64,000 bases of DNA from Eledone cirrhosa (Eukaryota). The notes beneath the pieces were generated by a model. The model was not told the origin of the DNA and ran no database searches. It worked only from the letters and a program-made list of their open reading frames with translations. Position numbers and translations under genes: made by a program. Every line of letters begins with the position of its first letter. The first letter of the stretch is position 1. The DNA is taken from positions 60,388,001 through 60,452,000 of the forward strand of contig OZ024740.1 of the NCBI GenBank assembly GCA_964016885.1, given 5' to 3'. Shown here in pieces: positions 1 to 11,900 of the stretch.

Positions 1-450
1 TATTTAGACGATACGGATGTTACAATTCAATCGATACACGTATAGCAGAACGTTGAACGGAATTTACTTGCGTGTGTATAGGGTTGTGGTTGACCCAGTT
101 TTTCTAATTTACACCGTTAAAGTTGAGATTTGACCAATATAACATTTGTTGTTTTGTAACCTAACTTTCGGTGCATACTGTGTTGGTATATATATTTTTT
201 TCTCTGACCTCGCGTCGATGCGTTAATTATGACCGACCGAAATTCTACAGATTAGATGCTGGGATTAGACCTGTCCAGCGTCTTTTACAGCTATTGAGAG
301 ATAGAGACTTGATAGATTTATGACCCTGACTGAAGACGATAGCAGTTGGCATGTTTTGGCTGCTGAATCTTCATATGGGGAACAGAACTCTAGTGAGTGA
401 ACATCGTTAGTTTTTCCTCCCTCATCAAAGATTTGAAGACATTTCATTAT

Positions 451-524
451 TCACCTGATGAGATCAGTGATAATTGATCATGACCACACGATCTATCTAT
501 CTCTTATTGAAACATGTGTCGTGA
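451..524 (+). ncRNA. Minimal type I hammerhead ribozyme motif
   Basis: TCAC-CTGATGA-[47 nt, imperfect stem II]-GAAAC-ATGT-GTC-GTGA. Stem I is tcac/gtga, the core is canonical and the cleavage triplet is GUC. Confidence 0.65.
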
Positions 525-589
525 TTAAAATGACTGGAAATTTATACCATGCCTTCGGATCTTTATTTTGATATATATATATATATATA

Positions 590-599
590 TTAGAAAGTG

Positions 600-639
<40 letters not shown>

Positions 640-830
640 ATGAAAAATAACCGAGGTGTCCTACACGAGTGAAAGTATAAAGAAAAGGAGATGAAATCGA
701 AAATGCAACTGGAGTCTTATTTTTTTTTAAAATATATATATTTATTTGGTTCCTTTACCGGTTTCGCAGTTCTTCTGCTTTTCAAAAGGTGAGTTGAGAT
801 GGAGGGTCTGTGGTTTTTCTCACATCTATA
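590..830 (-). mobile_element. Short non-autonomous HHR-bearing element between (TA)n tracts
   Basis: Clearly homologous to 27950-28145 (gtcctacac.gtgaaa.tataa, atcgaaaatgcaactggagtctt). Both copies are flanked by (TA)n. Confidence 0.7.
752..789 (-). ncRNA. Minimal hammerhead ribozyme motif, U3-A8 core variant
   Basis: Minus strand reads CCTT-TTGAAAA-GCAG-aagaa-CTGC-GAAAC-CG-GTA-AAGG. All three stems pair and stem III is palindromic (ACCGGT). Confidence 0.75.
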
Positions 831-870
831 TATATATCGTATATATATATCGTCTGTGGTTTTTCTCACA

Positions 871-932
<62 letters not shown>

Positions 933-1048
933 ATTGGTGCTCTGAAATAGCGATGTATACATGAATGTATGTATAATTCTGGAATTCTATAAGAATCCAA
1001 GAATCCAGCTTCTATAATTTTCGGCGAAGGCAGGGACTGCGTGGCTCT

Positions 1049-1517
<469 letters not shown>

Positions 1518-2539
1518 ATATATATATAATGTTAAGGTATCAATACATATCTAATATATATGATGATCATTTTTCTCAATGTTTAAGCTCAATGGATCTT
1601 AGTTCAGAACATCAATTACTTAAATTTAAAAGATATATCTGGAGAGAAAGAAGCATATGTCGTTTGTAAACGCATAGTATTTTGTACTCACAGTATTTTG
1701 TACTCACAGAACTCATAGTATTTTGTACTAGAGCAAACAATATGCAGGAAAATATACATACTTTAAGATGGTAGACGTTATTTTTTTCCATAGAGTGTTG
1801 TTTCATATACCAAATAACGAAGCAAAAAACCATCGATTTAAGTAATCAATTATGGATTACCAACTACCGATTTTGGTAATTACTGAAAGGTACGGCCTAT
1901 TCATCAGTGGAAGTTTCTTAATATATGTCCCCCACTGTACAATATACCTTTATATCTGTCGAGAGAAGAGTTTGATTAAAATCTCAGCTCCACATTGTAT
2001 CAAAACACTCAACAGTCAGATATAAACAAGACTAGATGTTATAGGGGCTAAAAAGAGCTCCGAAAAACCACAGCCGGTCAATCAAGTTCAACTCAACAGA
2101 TTAATAAATTTGGAGTAGTTATATACTATGTTAAGGTATTGATACATATTTAATATGTATGATGATCGTGTTGAGCGGAGATTCTAAACAAAGTCTCAAA
2201 CGATATGTGCTTCTTTCTCTTTACACACACGCACACACATACACATACACACACACACACATACACATACACACACACACATATATTATATATATACATG
2301 TTCATCTGCATGTAGTGTGATAGTTTTTATTAGTGGTAAAATAGTGTGATTCACGGTAGATGTGTATATGAAGGCATATATCAACCAAATATGTCTCTCC
2401 GTGACTGTTTTAAGCTGTGAGTGACAATGTCACAGCTATCTCAGTAACCGCGTGAAAACGCCACAAACTAGTGTATATATCAGCTTTATATTATCTACAC
2501 AGAGTAAAACGTCTACAATTCCTCAATCATATTCACTAC

Positions 2540-2685
2540 TCACCACCATAGGCGCTGGGCTGGCCAGCCGCAGGTATGAGTCTCGCGAGCTGGAATGGCT
2601 TTTCCAGCGCGTCTCCCTTGCCGTCCTCCGGGGAAACGTGTTCTCCATTCTGTCCGCCGGGGCAGTGGGGAGGCCACCAATATGA
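2540..2685 (+). mobile_element. 3' fragment of a CRE-like (RLE) non-LTR retrotransposon
   Basis: GC-rich island translating to LEWLFQRVSLAVLRGNVFSIL, which matches the FQR.S.A..RGN C-terminal motif of CRE-type ORFs. Confidence 0.6.
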
Positions 2686-3413
2686 TTGATTGACTTGTCA
2701 TTTTATCAGTCAGATAGTAACTTCTGTGAATCAGTTTCACATCATTTCTGGCAGCACTAAAGTAAAGCTGTATTTGTCATTCTCACGCTGTTACTGGAGG
2801 CTGCTCTCAGTTTTGTTAGGTTCTGGACCTCATCATATTCACAAAGTTCATCTTCTTAACTGAAGCATCATTGATCAAATTATCTTTAAACACTGAACCC
2901 TGCAATTATTATATCGTATAACAATATGATATTTGATGAGACTACAAGCCTATTTCACTTAACTTTTGTATCTTTATCGCGGTACTTAAGTTCTAGAAAA
3001 GCAATTCTTCCTTGATGGAGTAACAGAAAATTCAGGATTTTAGCTGAAAATTTAGGAATTCCAGCGTGAAAATGGTTAAACTTTCCTTGTTTTTTTAAAC
3101 CTATTTTTGCTAGATCTGTATTCTTAATGTTGATGATAAGGATGCTTGTTATGCAATATATTGTGTTCTCTACAAGACTGCTTTTTGTCATATGTCCGGG
3201 TTAACTGAGATGATGAACTTGTTACATATGGTATATACAAATATATGTATACATATAATTAAAGTTAAAAAACAATGTTCTGGACGAAGCGCAGCTTCCA
3301 CAGTCAACGCCATTGATTCTATGCGCCGAAACTGTAGTGATTTCCAATGTAGACTGTCCGTTTTTCCATTGAGTTTTCCGTTGTCTTTCCCCTTGTTTTG
3401 AATATATATATAT

Positions 3414-4010
3414 ATCACTGACGAAGGACTATTTTTATCATATGTAACCCATGTGCAAATCACGCAGTATTCTTCTTTCTTCTCATGTTTTTTATACATA
3501 TTTACCTCGGCTGCGTTTGTCTGTTTCTCTCTTACTGCTTCCTCGCTCTCTCTGTTTCTCTCACCTTCTTTCGCCCCCTCTGTCAGTTACACTTTCTCTC
3601 GACTGACCGCTTCCTTGCACTTCCACTCACTCACTCTCTGTTTCTCCCCTTCTCACTTCCTCCCGTTTGGTTAACAGTGGGCTTCTTCTTGCTTACATCT
3701 CACTCACGTCGGACGTCTGTACCTTTCGCTCATGAAATCCACCCAGATTATGCTGACCAGGACTACCATGCTGCTTGTTTATTTCCTTTCTTTGGTTTGT
3801 TTTTATCCTTCTATGTTGTTCACTTGTCCCCCTCGCTTTACGCGATTACTGGTCCCAATAACTTATTTTAGTTATTGCTCGCACCAACCTGAGGTATCTG
3901 ATTTTTAATGCGATGAAATATCAACGATGGTTGGAAAATCACTGGCAAAGGACTATTTTTATCATATGTAACCCATGTGCAAACCACGCAGTATTCTTCT
4001 TTCTTCTCAT

Positions 4011-4013
<3 letters not shown>
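3414..4013 (+). mobile_element. Non-coding Penelope-type 3' segment with ~75-bp direct terminal repeats and an HHR relic
   Basis: 3414-3490 is repeated at 3938-4013 around a pyrimidine-rich body. Relic at 3884-3934: CCAAC-CTGAGGT-ATC..GAT-GAAAT-atcaacg-ATG-GTTGG. Flanked by (TA)n. Confidence 0.6.
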
Positions 4014-4066
<53 letters not shown>

Positions 4067-4188
4067 CAAATTTGATATAGAGATGGCTTCTACAGAAGGT
4101 CATGTAGAAGCAATTTCTATATTAAAACTGTTGTATACGCTCTATTAATATATTCAGTACCTTATTTACTGTGGTTAGCTCCGATTGA

Positions 4189-4269
<81 letters not shown>

Positions 4270-4272
<3 letters not shown>

Positions 4273-4331
4273 TCTTTTACTCTTTTACCTGTTTCCAGCC
4301 ATCCGCCTGAGGCCATGCTGGGGCACCGCGC
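4270..4331. mobile_element. SINE-like repeat fragment
   Basis: ctcttttactcttttacctgtttccagccat..ggccatgctggggcaccgc resembles an abundant octopod interspersed repeat (from recall, not searched). Confidence 0.5.
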
Positions 4332-4775
4332 TTGTTGCTACACATTCTATTATCTCCAGTATGTTTTGGCTGGCCATTGGTGTAAGAAGCAGTTCGTTGC
4401 TGCTGCCCTTAGGTTACCTACATACCGTGCTGTGGCTCATCCGGGATACTGGATAGCAGGGTGTCAAGATGTTCCTTGAAAACATCCACTTCCACACCAT
4501 GCAGATCTCTCAAATTTCTTGGCAGCTTGTTGAAGAGTTGAACCCCAAGCTATTGCAATATCTGCTCCTTATTCTAGATGTGGAAGATAGGACCTTTGGC
4601 ACCACATGGTGACGCCCTGTTCGGTGGTTGATCCAGGTCTCGATGCCAAAGTTTGGTGTTAGTCTCTCCAGGATTTCCCATATGTATATCACTGCGTATC
4701 TATCCCGTCTTCGTTGAAAGGAGTAGAGTTTCAGTTCTTTTAGACTCTCCCGGTAGCACATCTCCTTCATCGTGG
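4332..4775 (-). mobile_element. 3' fragment of a CR1/L2-group LINE ORF2
   Basis: ORF 4510-4770, YRESLKELKLYSFQRRRDRYAVIYIWEIL, matches the Y.ERL..L.L.SL.RRR.R C-terminal motif. Confidence 0.75.
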
Positions 4776-4795
4776 CAGTTCTATATATATATATC

Positions 4796-4899
<104 letters not shown>

Positions 4900-4944
4900 A
4901 AATATTCAGATAAAATATCACTCAGAGAAGTAATTTAATATTTA

Positions 4945-5420
4945 ATCTTATACCAAAATCTCAATTTAAGGGAGTATAAGTCAGACCGACTAAATACGTT
5001 AGTTCAACTCATAAAATCCTCTCCCTACCATGGTTTCAAGAATAAAAGAAACAATATTAATCATTTCCAATCATTGGAATAACCAATATTGGAAGAACTT
5101 TTTCTATCGTCAGGGGAGAATTCTTTGTAACAAGAGGAGATATTGATCATAAAGTATATAGACCATCTCGTTGATAATAACCAATATTGGAAGAACGTAT
5201 TCTATCGACAGGGGAGAATTCTTTGGAACAAGATGAGATATTGATCATAAAGTATATAGACCATCTCGTTGTTATTCCAATGATTTGAAATGGCTGGTGT
5301 TGTTTCTTTTATTCGTGAAACCATGGTAGGGAGACGATTGTATGAGTTAGACTAACTAATTTTAGTCGGTGTTACTTATACTCCTCTAAATTGAGATTTT
5401 GGCATGAGTTTAAATAAATG
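4945..5420. mobile_element. Fold-back HHR-bearing element
   Basis: Diverged inverted arms at ~4945-5083 and ~5270-5420 enclose a ~98-bp direct duplication (5078-5172 and 5176-5272). Confidence 0.75.
5020..5119 (-). ncRNA. Type I hammerhead ribozyme motif with long stem II
   Basis: TCTCCC-CTGACGA-[69-nt hairpin including caatattggttattcc/ggaaatgattaatattg]-GAAAC-CATG-GTA-GGGAGA. Stem I is a perfect 6 bp and stem III is palindromic (ACCATGGT). Confidence 0.85.
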
Positions 5421-5639
5421 AATAAATACACAAGTACAATAACAACAAACACACATAAACACACACTAGTGAACAAAGATAGAATACTAAAACTCATAGA
5501 CTCAAACATGAACACACATACACCAAACAGAAAACACACATGCAAACGCATGCGCAAACAGAGACAGAGACAAGAATAAATTAATTAATTAAATAAAAGT
5601 GGCGTAGACATTACAATACAGCGGGAGGAAACATAATAG

Positions 5640-5683
5640 TACCACTGATGATGTCACAGATGTGTGACGAAAGAACTTTGATA
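5640..5683 (+). ncRNA. Minimal hammerhead-like motif (same family as 55150-55194)
   Basis: TACCA-CTGATGA-T-GTCACA-gatg-TGTGAC-GAAAG-AA-CTT-TGATA, with one stem I mismatch. Confidence 0.6.
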
Positions 5684-5874
5684 GACACTATATATATATT
5701 TATATATGTATTTTTAACCGCTGGTCAATCAATGATAAACATTGATTGCCAGATAAATTAGCTATGGAGATATAAAAGATAGAGAAGCGAAATCCAATCC
5801 AAACCAAACAGTGAGTGTGTTTTATTATTATTTCTGACGATATTATAACAATATGACCCTCCCCAAATATAACA

Positions 5875-5980
<106 letters not shown>

Positions 5981-6611
5981 GCGTGTGCGTGTGTGTGTGT
6001 GTGTTACATATCTTGCAACATACCACAGAATGTTAGAAATAACTAATATGGTATATAGGATGATAAATTATTTAAAGCTATAATTATTTCGATATATAAG
6101 ATACATACAACCTCACTGATACTCTAAAAATGCAATGTGAATAGTAAAATTAAACTATGCATAACATACACTGAAAGTAAATAGAAAAATCGGGTTGTGA
6201 AGCAAAGAAGCGTGAATCACCGAGGGTTGCTGATGCTTCTATCCTTATATGACACTGTTGGCTGTGTTTCAGAATTGTCGAACAACTGAATGTCAACTAA
6301 CAGCAGTTTGCATTTATAATGTTAACACGCAATATGAAGCCACGTTATGTTATGCTAATATGGTCTGTAGATATCTGAAAGGTACTGGACCAAAAAGATT
6401 ATTATCCATTGCAAATATTTGTTTAAACATTAATATTAATATTAGTAGTAATGAGGTTGACAACTAGAAGTAATAAATACTTTGGAGGTTCTATGCAGCA
6501 GAGAGGTTTGACATGGGCTCAACGTCAGTCACATTCTAACAGCACTCATGTAAAATTTATGCTTTCAACTTCTGCATGGAATGTAACTTATTACGTTTAC
6601 GTGTGTGGGTA

Positions 6612-6721
<110 letters not shown>

Positions 6722-6724
6722 CAA

Positions 6725-7299
6725 AGTAAGTAGACACAAATATACAGACATGCATACACACACACACACATACACAAATTTATGTATATATTTAGACACA
6801 CATGCACGCATGCACACGCACACACACACATTTATGTATACAGCTAGACACACATGCACACAAGCAGACATGCACACAAGCAGACATGCACACACACACA
6901 CACACACACACACATTTATGTATATATCTAGATGCACATGCACACATGCAGACATGCACACACACACACGTACACACACACAAATGTATGTATATATCTA
7001 AACACACACGCACATTTATGTATACATCTAGACAGACATGTACACATGCAGACATGCACACATACACACACACACACACAAATGTATGTATATATCTAAA
7101 CACACACGCGCATACACACACACACAGACACACATTTATGTATATATCTAGACAGACATGCACACATACACACACACACACACATTTATGTATATATCTA
7201 GACAGACATACACACATACACACACACAGTCACACACACACACACGCACACACATTTATGTATATATCTAGACAGACATGCACACATACACACACACAG

Positions 7300-7335
<36 letters not shown>

Positions 7336-7439
7336 TTATGCATATATCTAGACAGACATGCACACATACACACACACAGACACACACACACACATTTATG
7401 TATATATCTAGACAGACATACAAACATACACACACACAG

Positions 7440-7479
<40 letters not shown>

Positions 7480-7511
7480 TTATGTATATATCTAGACAGA
7501 CACACACACAG

Positions 7512-7545
<34 letters not shown>

Positions 7546-7776
7546 TTATGTATATATCTAGACAGACATGCACACATACACACACACAGACACACACACA
7601 CACATTTATGTATATATCTAGACAGACATACACACATACACACACACAGTCACACACACACACACACATTTATGTATATATCTAGACAGACATACACACA
7701 CACAGTCACACACACACACACACACACACATTTATGTATATATCTAGACAGACACACACACAGTCACACACACACA

Positions 7777-7839
<63 letters not shown>

Positions 7840-7890
7840 ATTTATGTATATATCTAGACAGACATACACACATACACACACACAGTCAGA
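6725..7890. repeat. Compound minisatellite
   Basis: About 18 copies of catttatgtatatatctagacagaca separated by variable (CA)n tracts. Confidence 0.9.
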
Positions 7891-8072
7891 AGCACGCGTG
7901 TATATGTCCCCCCCATGAAGAGAGATAAACGCAAGGCAGTCGTATGAATCCCGTCCCCCTCCATCAGACGACTGACTTCAAAATGACTCAATTGGGAATA
8001 TAAATTGTATCGTAGATTCTGCTCGACAGAAGTTTACCACCATTCTGAAGCATTGCCAATTTATGTATGTAC

Positions 8073-8074
<2 letters not shown>

Positions 8075-8140
<66 letters not shown>

Positions 8141-8204
8141 AACTGTGTGTGTGCATATATATATATATATAAATATAGATGCATACACACACACACACAC
8201 ACTT

Positions 8205-8273
<69 letters not shown>

Positions 8274-8313
8274 TATATATATATATATAAGTATATATAC
8301 ATATATATATAAG

Positions 8314-8353
<40 letters not shown>

Positions 8354-8375
8354 TATGTATATATACATATACATA

Positions 8376-8461
<86 letters not shown>

Positions 8462-8518
8462 CATATATATATACATATATATACATATATATACATATAT
8501 ATACATATATATATATAC

Positions 8519-8595
<77 letters not shown>

Positions 8596-8659
8596 CATAC
8601 ATATATATATACATATATATATATATATACATATATATACATATATATACATATATATG

Positions 8660-8693
<34 letters not shown>

Positions 8694-8728
8694 CATATAT
8701 ATACATATATATATATACATATATATAC

Positions 8729-8763
<35 letters not shown>

Positions 8764-8764
8764 C

Positions 8765-8821
<57 letters not shown>

Positions 8822-8830
8822 CATACACAT
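8075..8830. repeat. (TA)n/(TACA)n/(TG)n microsatellite block
   Basis: Direct reading. Confidence 0.95.
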
Positions 8831-8940
8831 ATGCATACCCCCCGCCCCCTACACACACGATCTATATAAATATAAAATTAAAGTTACATTGAAGATTTAT
8901 TAATCTATAAATAACAAGAAACATTTCCTCAAGAGATGCC

Positions 8941-11900
8941 TCTGCAGGTTGACTGGTGCTCCAGTTGCGCCTATACCGCTGGTTAATCATACAGTCTGCA
9001 GGTTGACTGGTGCTCCAGTTGCGCCTATACCGCTGGTTAATCATACAGTCTGCAGGTTGACTGCTGCTCCAGTTGCGCCTATACCGCTGGTTAATCATAC
9101 AGTCTGCAGGTTGACTGGTGCTCCAGTTGCGCCTATACCGCTGGTTAATCATACAGTCTGCAGGTTGACTGGTGCTCCAGTTGCGCCTATACCGCTGGTT
9201 AATCATACAGTCTGAGGGTTGACTGCTGCTCCAGTTGCGCCTATACCGCTGGTTAATCATACAGTCTGCAGGTTGACTGGTGCTCCAGTTGCGCCTATAC
9301 CGCTGGTTAATCATACAGTCTGCAGGTTGACTGGTGCTCCAGTTGCGCCTATACCGCTGGTTAATCATACAGTCTGAGGGTCGACTGCTGCTCCAGTTGC
9401 GCCTATACCGCTGGTTAATCATACAGTCTGCAGGTTGACTGGTGCTCCAGTTGCGCCTATACCGCTGGTTAATCATACAGTCTGAGGGTTGACTGCTGCT
9501 CCAGTTGCGCCTATACCGCTGGTTAATCATACAGTCTGCAGGTCGACTGCTGCTCCAGTTGCGCCTATACCGCTGGTTAATCATACAGTCTGAGTTATTG
9601 ACTGGTGCTCCAGTTGCGCCTATACCGCTGGTTAATCATACAGTCTGCAGGTTGACTGCTGCTCCAGTTGCGCCTATACCGCTGGTTAATCATACAGTCT
9701 GAGTTATTGACTGGTGCTCCAGTTGCGCCTATACCGCTGGTTAATCATACAGTCTGAGGGTTGACTGCTGCTCCAGTTGCGCCTATACCGCTGGTTAATC
9801 ATACAGTCTGCAGGTCGACTGCTGCTCCAGTTGCGCCTATACCGCTGGTTAATCATAGAGTCTGAGTTATTGACTGGTGCTCCAGTTGCGCCTATACCGC
9901 TGGTTAATCATACAGTCTGAGGGTTGACTGCTGCTCCAGTTGCGCCTATACCGCTGGTTAATCATACAGTCTGCAGGTTGACTGGTGCTCCAGTTGCGCC
10001 TATACCGCTGGTTAATCATACAGTCTGCAGGTCGACTGCTGCTCCAGTTGCGCCTATACCGCTGGTTAATCATACAGTCTGCAGGTTGACTGCTGCTCCA
10101 GTTGCGCCTATACCGCTGGTTAATCATACAGTCTGCAGGTTGACTGCTGCTCCAGTTGCGCCTATACCGCTGGTTAATCATACAGTCTGAGTTATTGACT
10201 GCTGCTCCAGTTGCACCTATACCGCTGGTTAATCATACAGTCTGCAGGTCGACTGCTGCTCCAGTTGCGCCTATACCGCTGGTTAATCATACAGTCTGCA
10301 GGTTGACTGGTGCTCCAGTTGCGCCTATACCGCTGGTTAATCATACAGTCTGCAGGTTGACTGCTGCTCCAGTTGCGCCTATACCGCTGGTTAATCATAC
10401 AGTCTGCAGGTTGACTGGTGCTCCAGTTGCGCCTATACCGCTGGTTAATCATACAGTCTGCAGGTTGACTGGTGCTCCAGTTGCGCCTATACCGCTGGTT
10501 AATCATACAGTCTGCATGTCGACTGCTGCTCCAGTTGCGCCTATACCGCTGGTTAATCATACAGTCTGAGTTATTGACTGCTGCTCCAGTTGCGCCTATA
10601 CCGCTGGTTAATCATACAGTCTGCAGGTCGACTGCTGCTCCAGTTGCGCCTATACCGCTGGTTAATCATACAGTCTGCAGGTTGACTGGTGCTCCAGTTG
10701 CGCCTATACCGCTGGTTAATCATACAGTCTGCAGGTTGACTGCTGCTCCAGTTGCGCCTATACCGCTGGTTAATCATACAGTCTGAGTTATTGACTGGTG
10801 CTCCAGTTGCGCCTATACCGCTGGTTAATCATACAGTCTGCAGGTTGACTGCTGCTCCAGTTGCGCCTATACCGCTGGTTAATCATACAGTCTGCAGGTT
10901 GACTGGTGCTCCAGTTGCGCCTATACCGCTGGTTAATCATACAGTCTGCAGGTCGACTGCTGCTCCAGTTGCGCCTATACCGCTGGTTAATCATACAGTC
11001 TGCAGGTTGACTGGTGCTCCAGTTGCGCCTATACCGCTGGTTAATCATACAGTCTGCAGGTTGACTGCTGCTCCAGTTGCGCCTATACCGCTGGTTAATC
11101 ATACAGTCTGCAGGTTGACTGGTGCTCCAGTTGCGCCTATACCGCTGGTTAATCATACAGTCTGCAGGTCGACTGCTGCTCCAGTTGCGCCTATACCGCT
11201 GGTTAATCATACAGTCTGCAGGTTGACTGGTGCTCCAGTTGCGCCTATACCGCTGGTTAATCATACAGTCTGCAGGTCGACTGCTGCTCCAGTTGCGCCT
11301 ATACCGCTGGTTAATCATACAGTCTGCAGGTTGACTGCTGCTCCAGTTGCGCCTATACCGCTGGTTAATCATACAGTCTGCAGGTTGACTGCTGCTCCAG
11401 TTGCGCCTATACCGCTGGTTAATCATACAGTCTGAGGGTTGACTGGTGCTCCAGTTGCGCCTATACCGCTGGTTAATCATACAGTCTGCAGGTTGACTGG
11501 TGCTCCAGTTGCGCCTATACCGCTGGTTAATCATACAGTCTGCAGGTTGACTGGTGCTCCAGTTGCGCCTATACCGCTGGTTAATCATACAGTCTGAGGG
11601 TTGACTGGTGCTCCAGTTGCGCCTATACCGCTGGTTAATCATACAGTCTGCAGGTTGACTGGTGCTCCAGTTGCGCCTATACCGCTGGTTAATCATACAG
11701 TCTGCAGGTTGACTGGTGCTCCAGTTGCGCCTATACCGCTGGTTAATCATACAGTCTGAGGGTCGACTGCTGCTCCAGTTGCGCCTATACCGCTGGTTAA
11801 TCATACAGTCTGCAAGTTGACTGGTGCTCCAGTTGCGCCTATACCGCTGGTTAATCATACAGTCTGCAGGTTGACTGGTGCTCCAGTTGCGCCTATACCG

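Noticed and set aside
2813-2899. Possible terminal exon on the minus strand (ttgcag|GSVFKDNLINDASVKKMNFVNMMRSRT*)
   Set aside because: It is short, has no recognisable homology and has no supporting upstream exons.
8941-8994. SECIS, hammerhead or twister motif within the monomer (ctgtatga..gga on the minus strand)
   Set aside because: Helix II of a SECIS cannot form, there is no GAAA half of an HHR, and twister pseudoknot motifs are absent.
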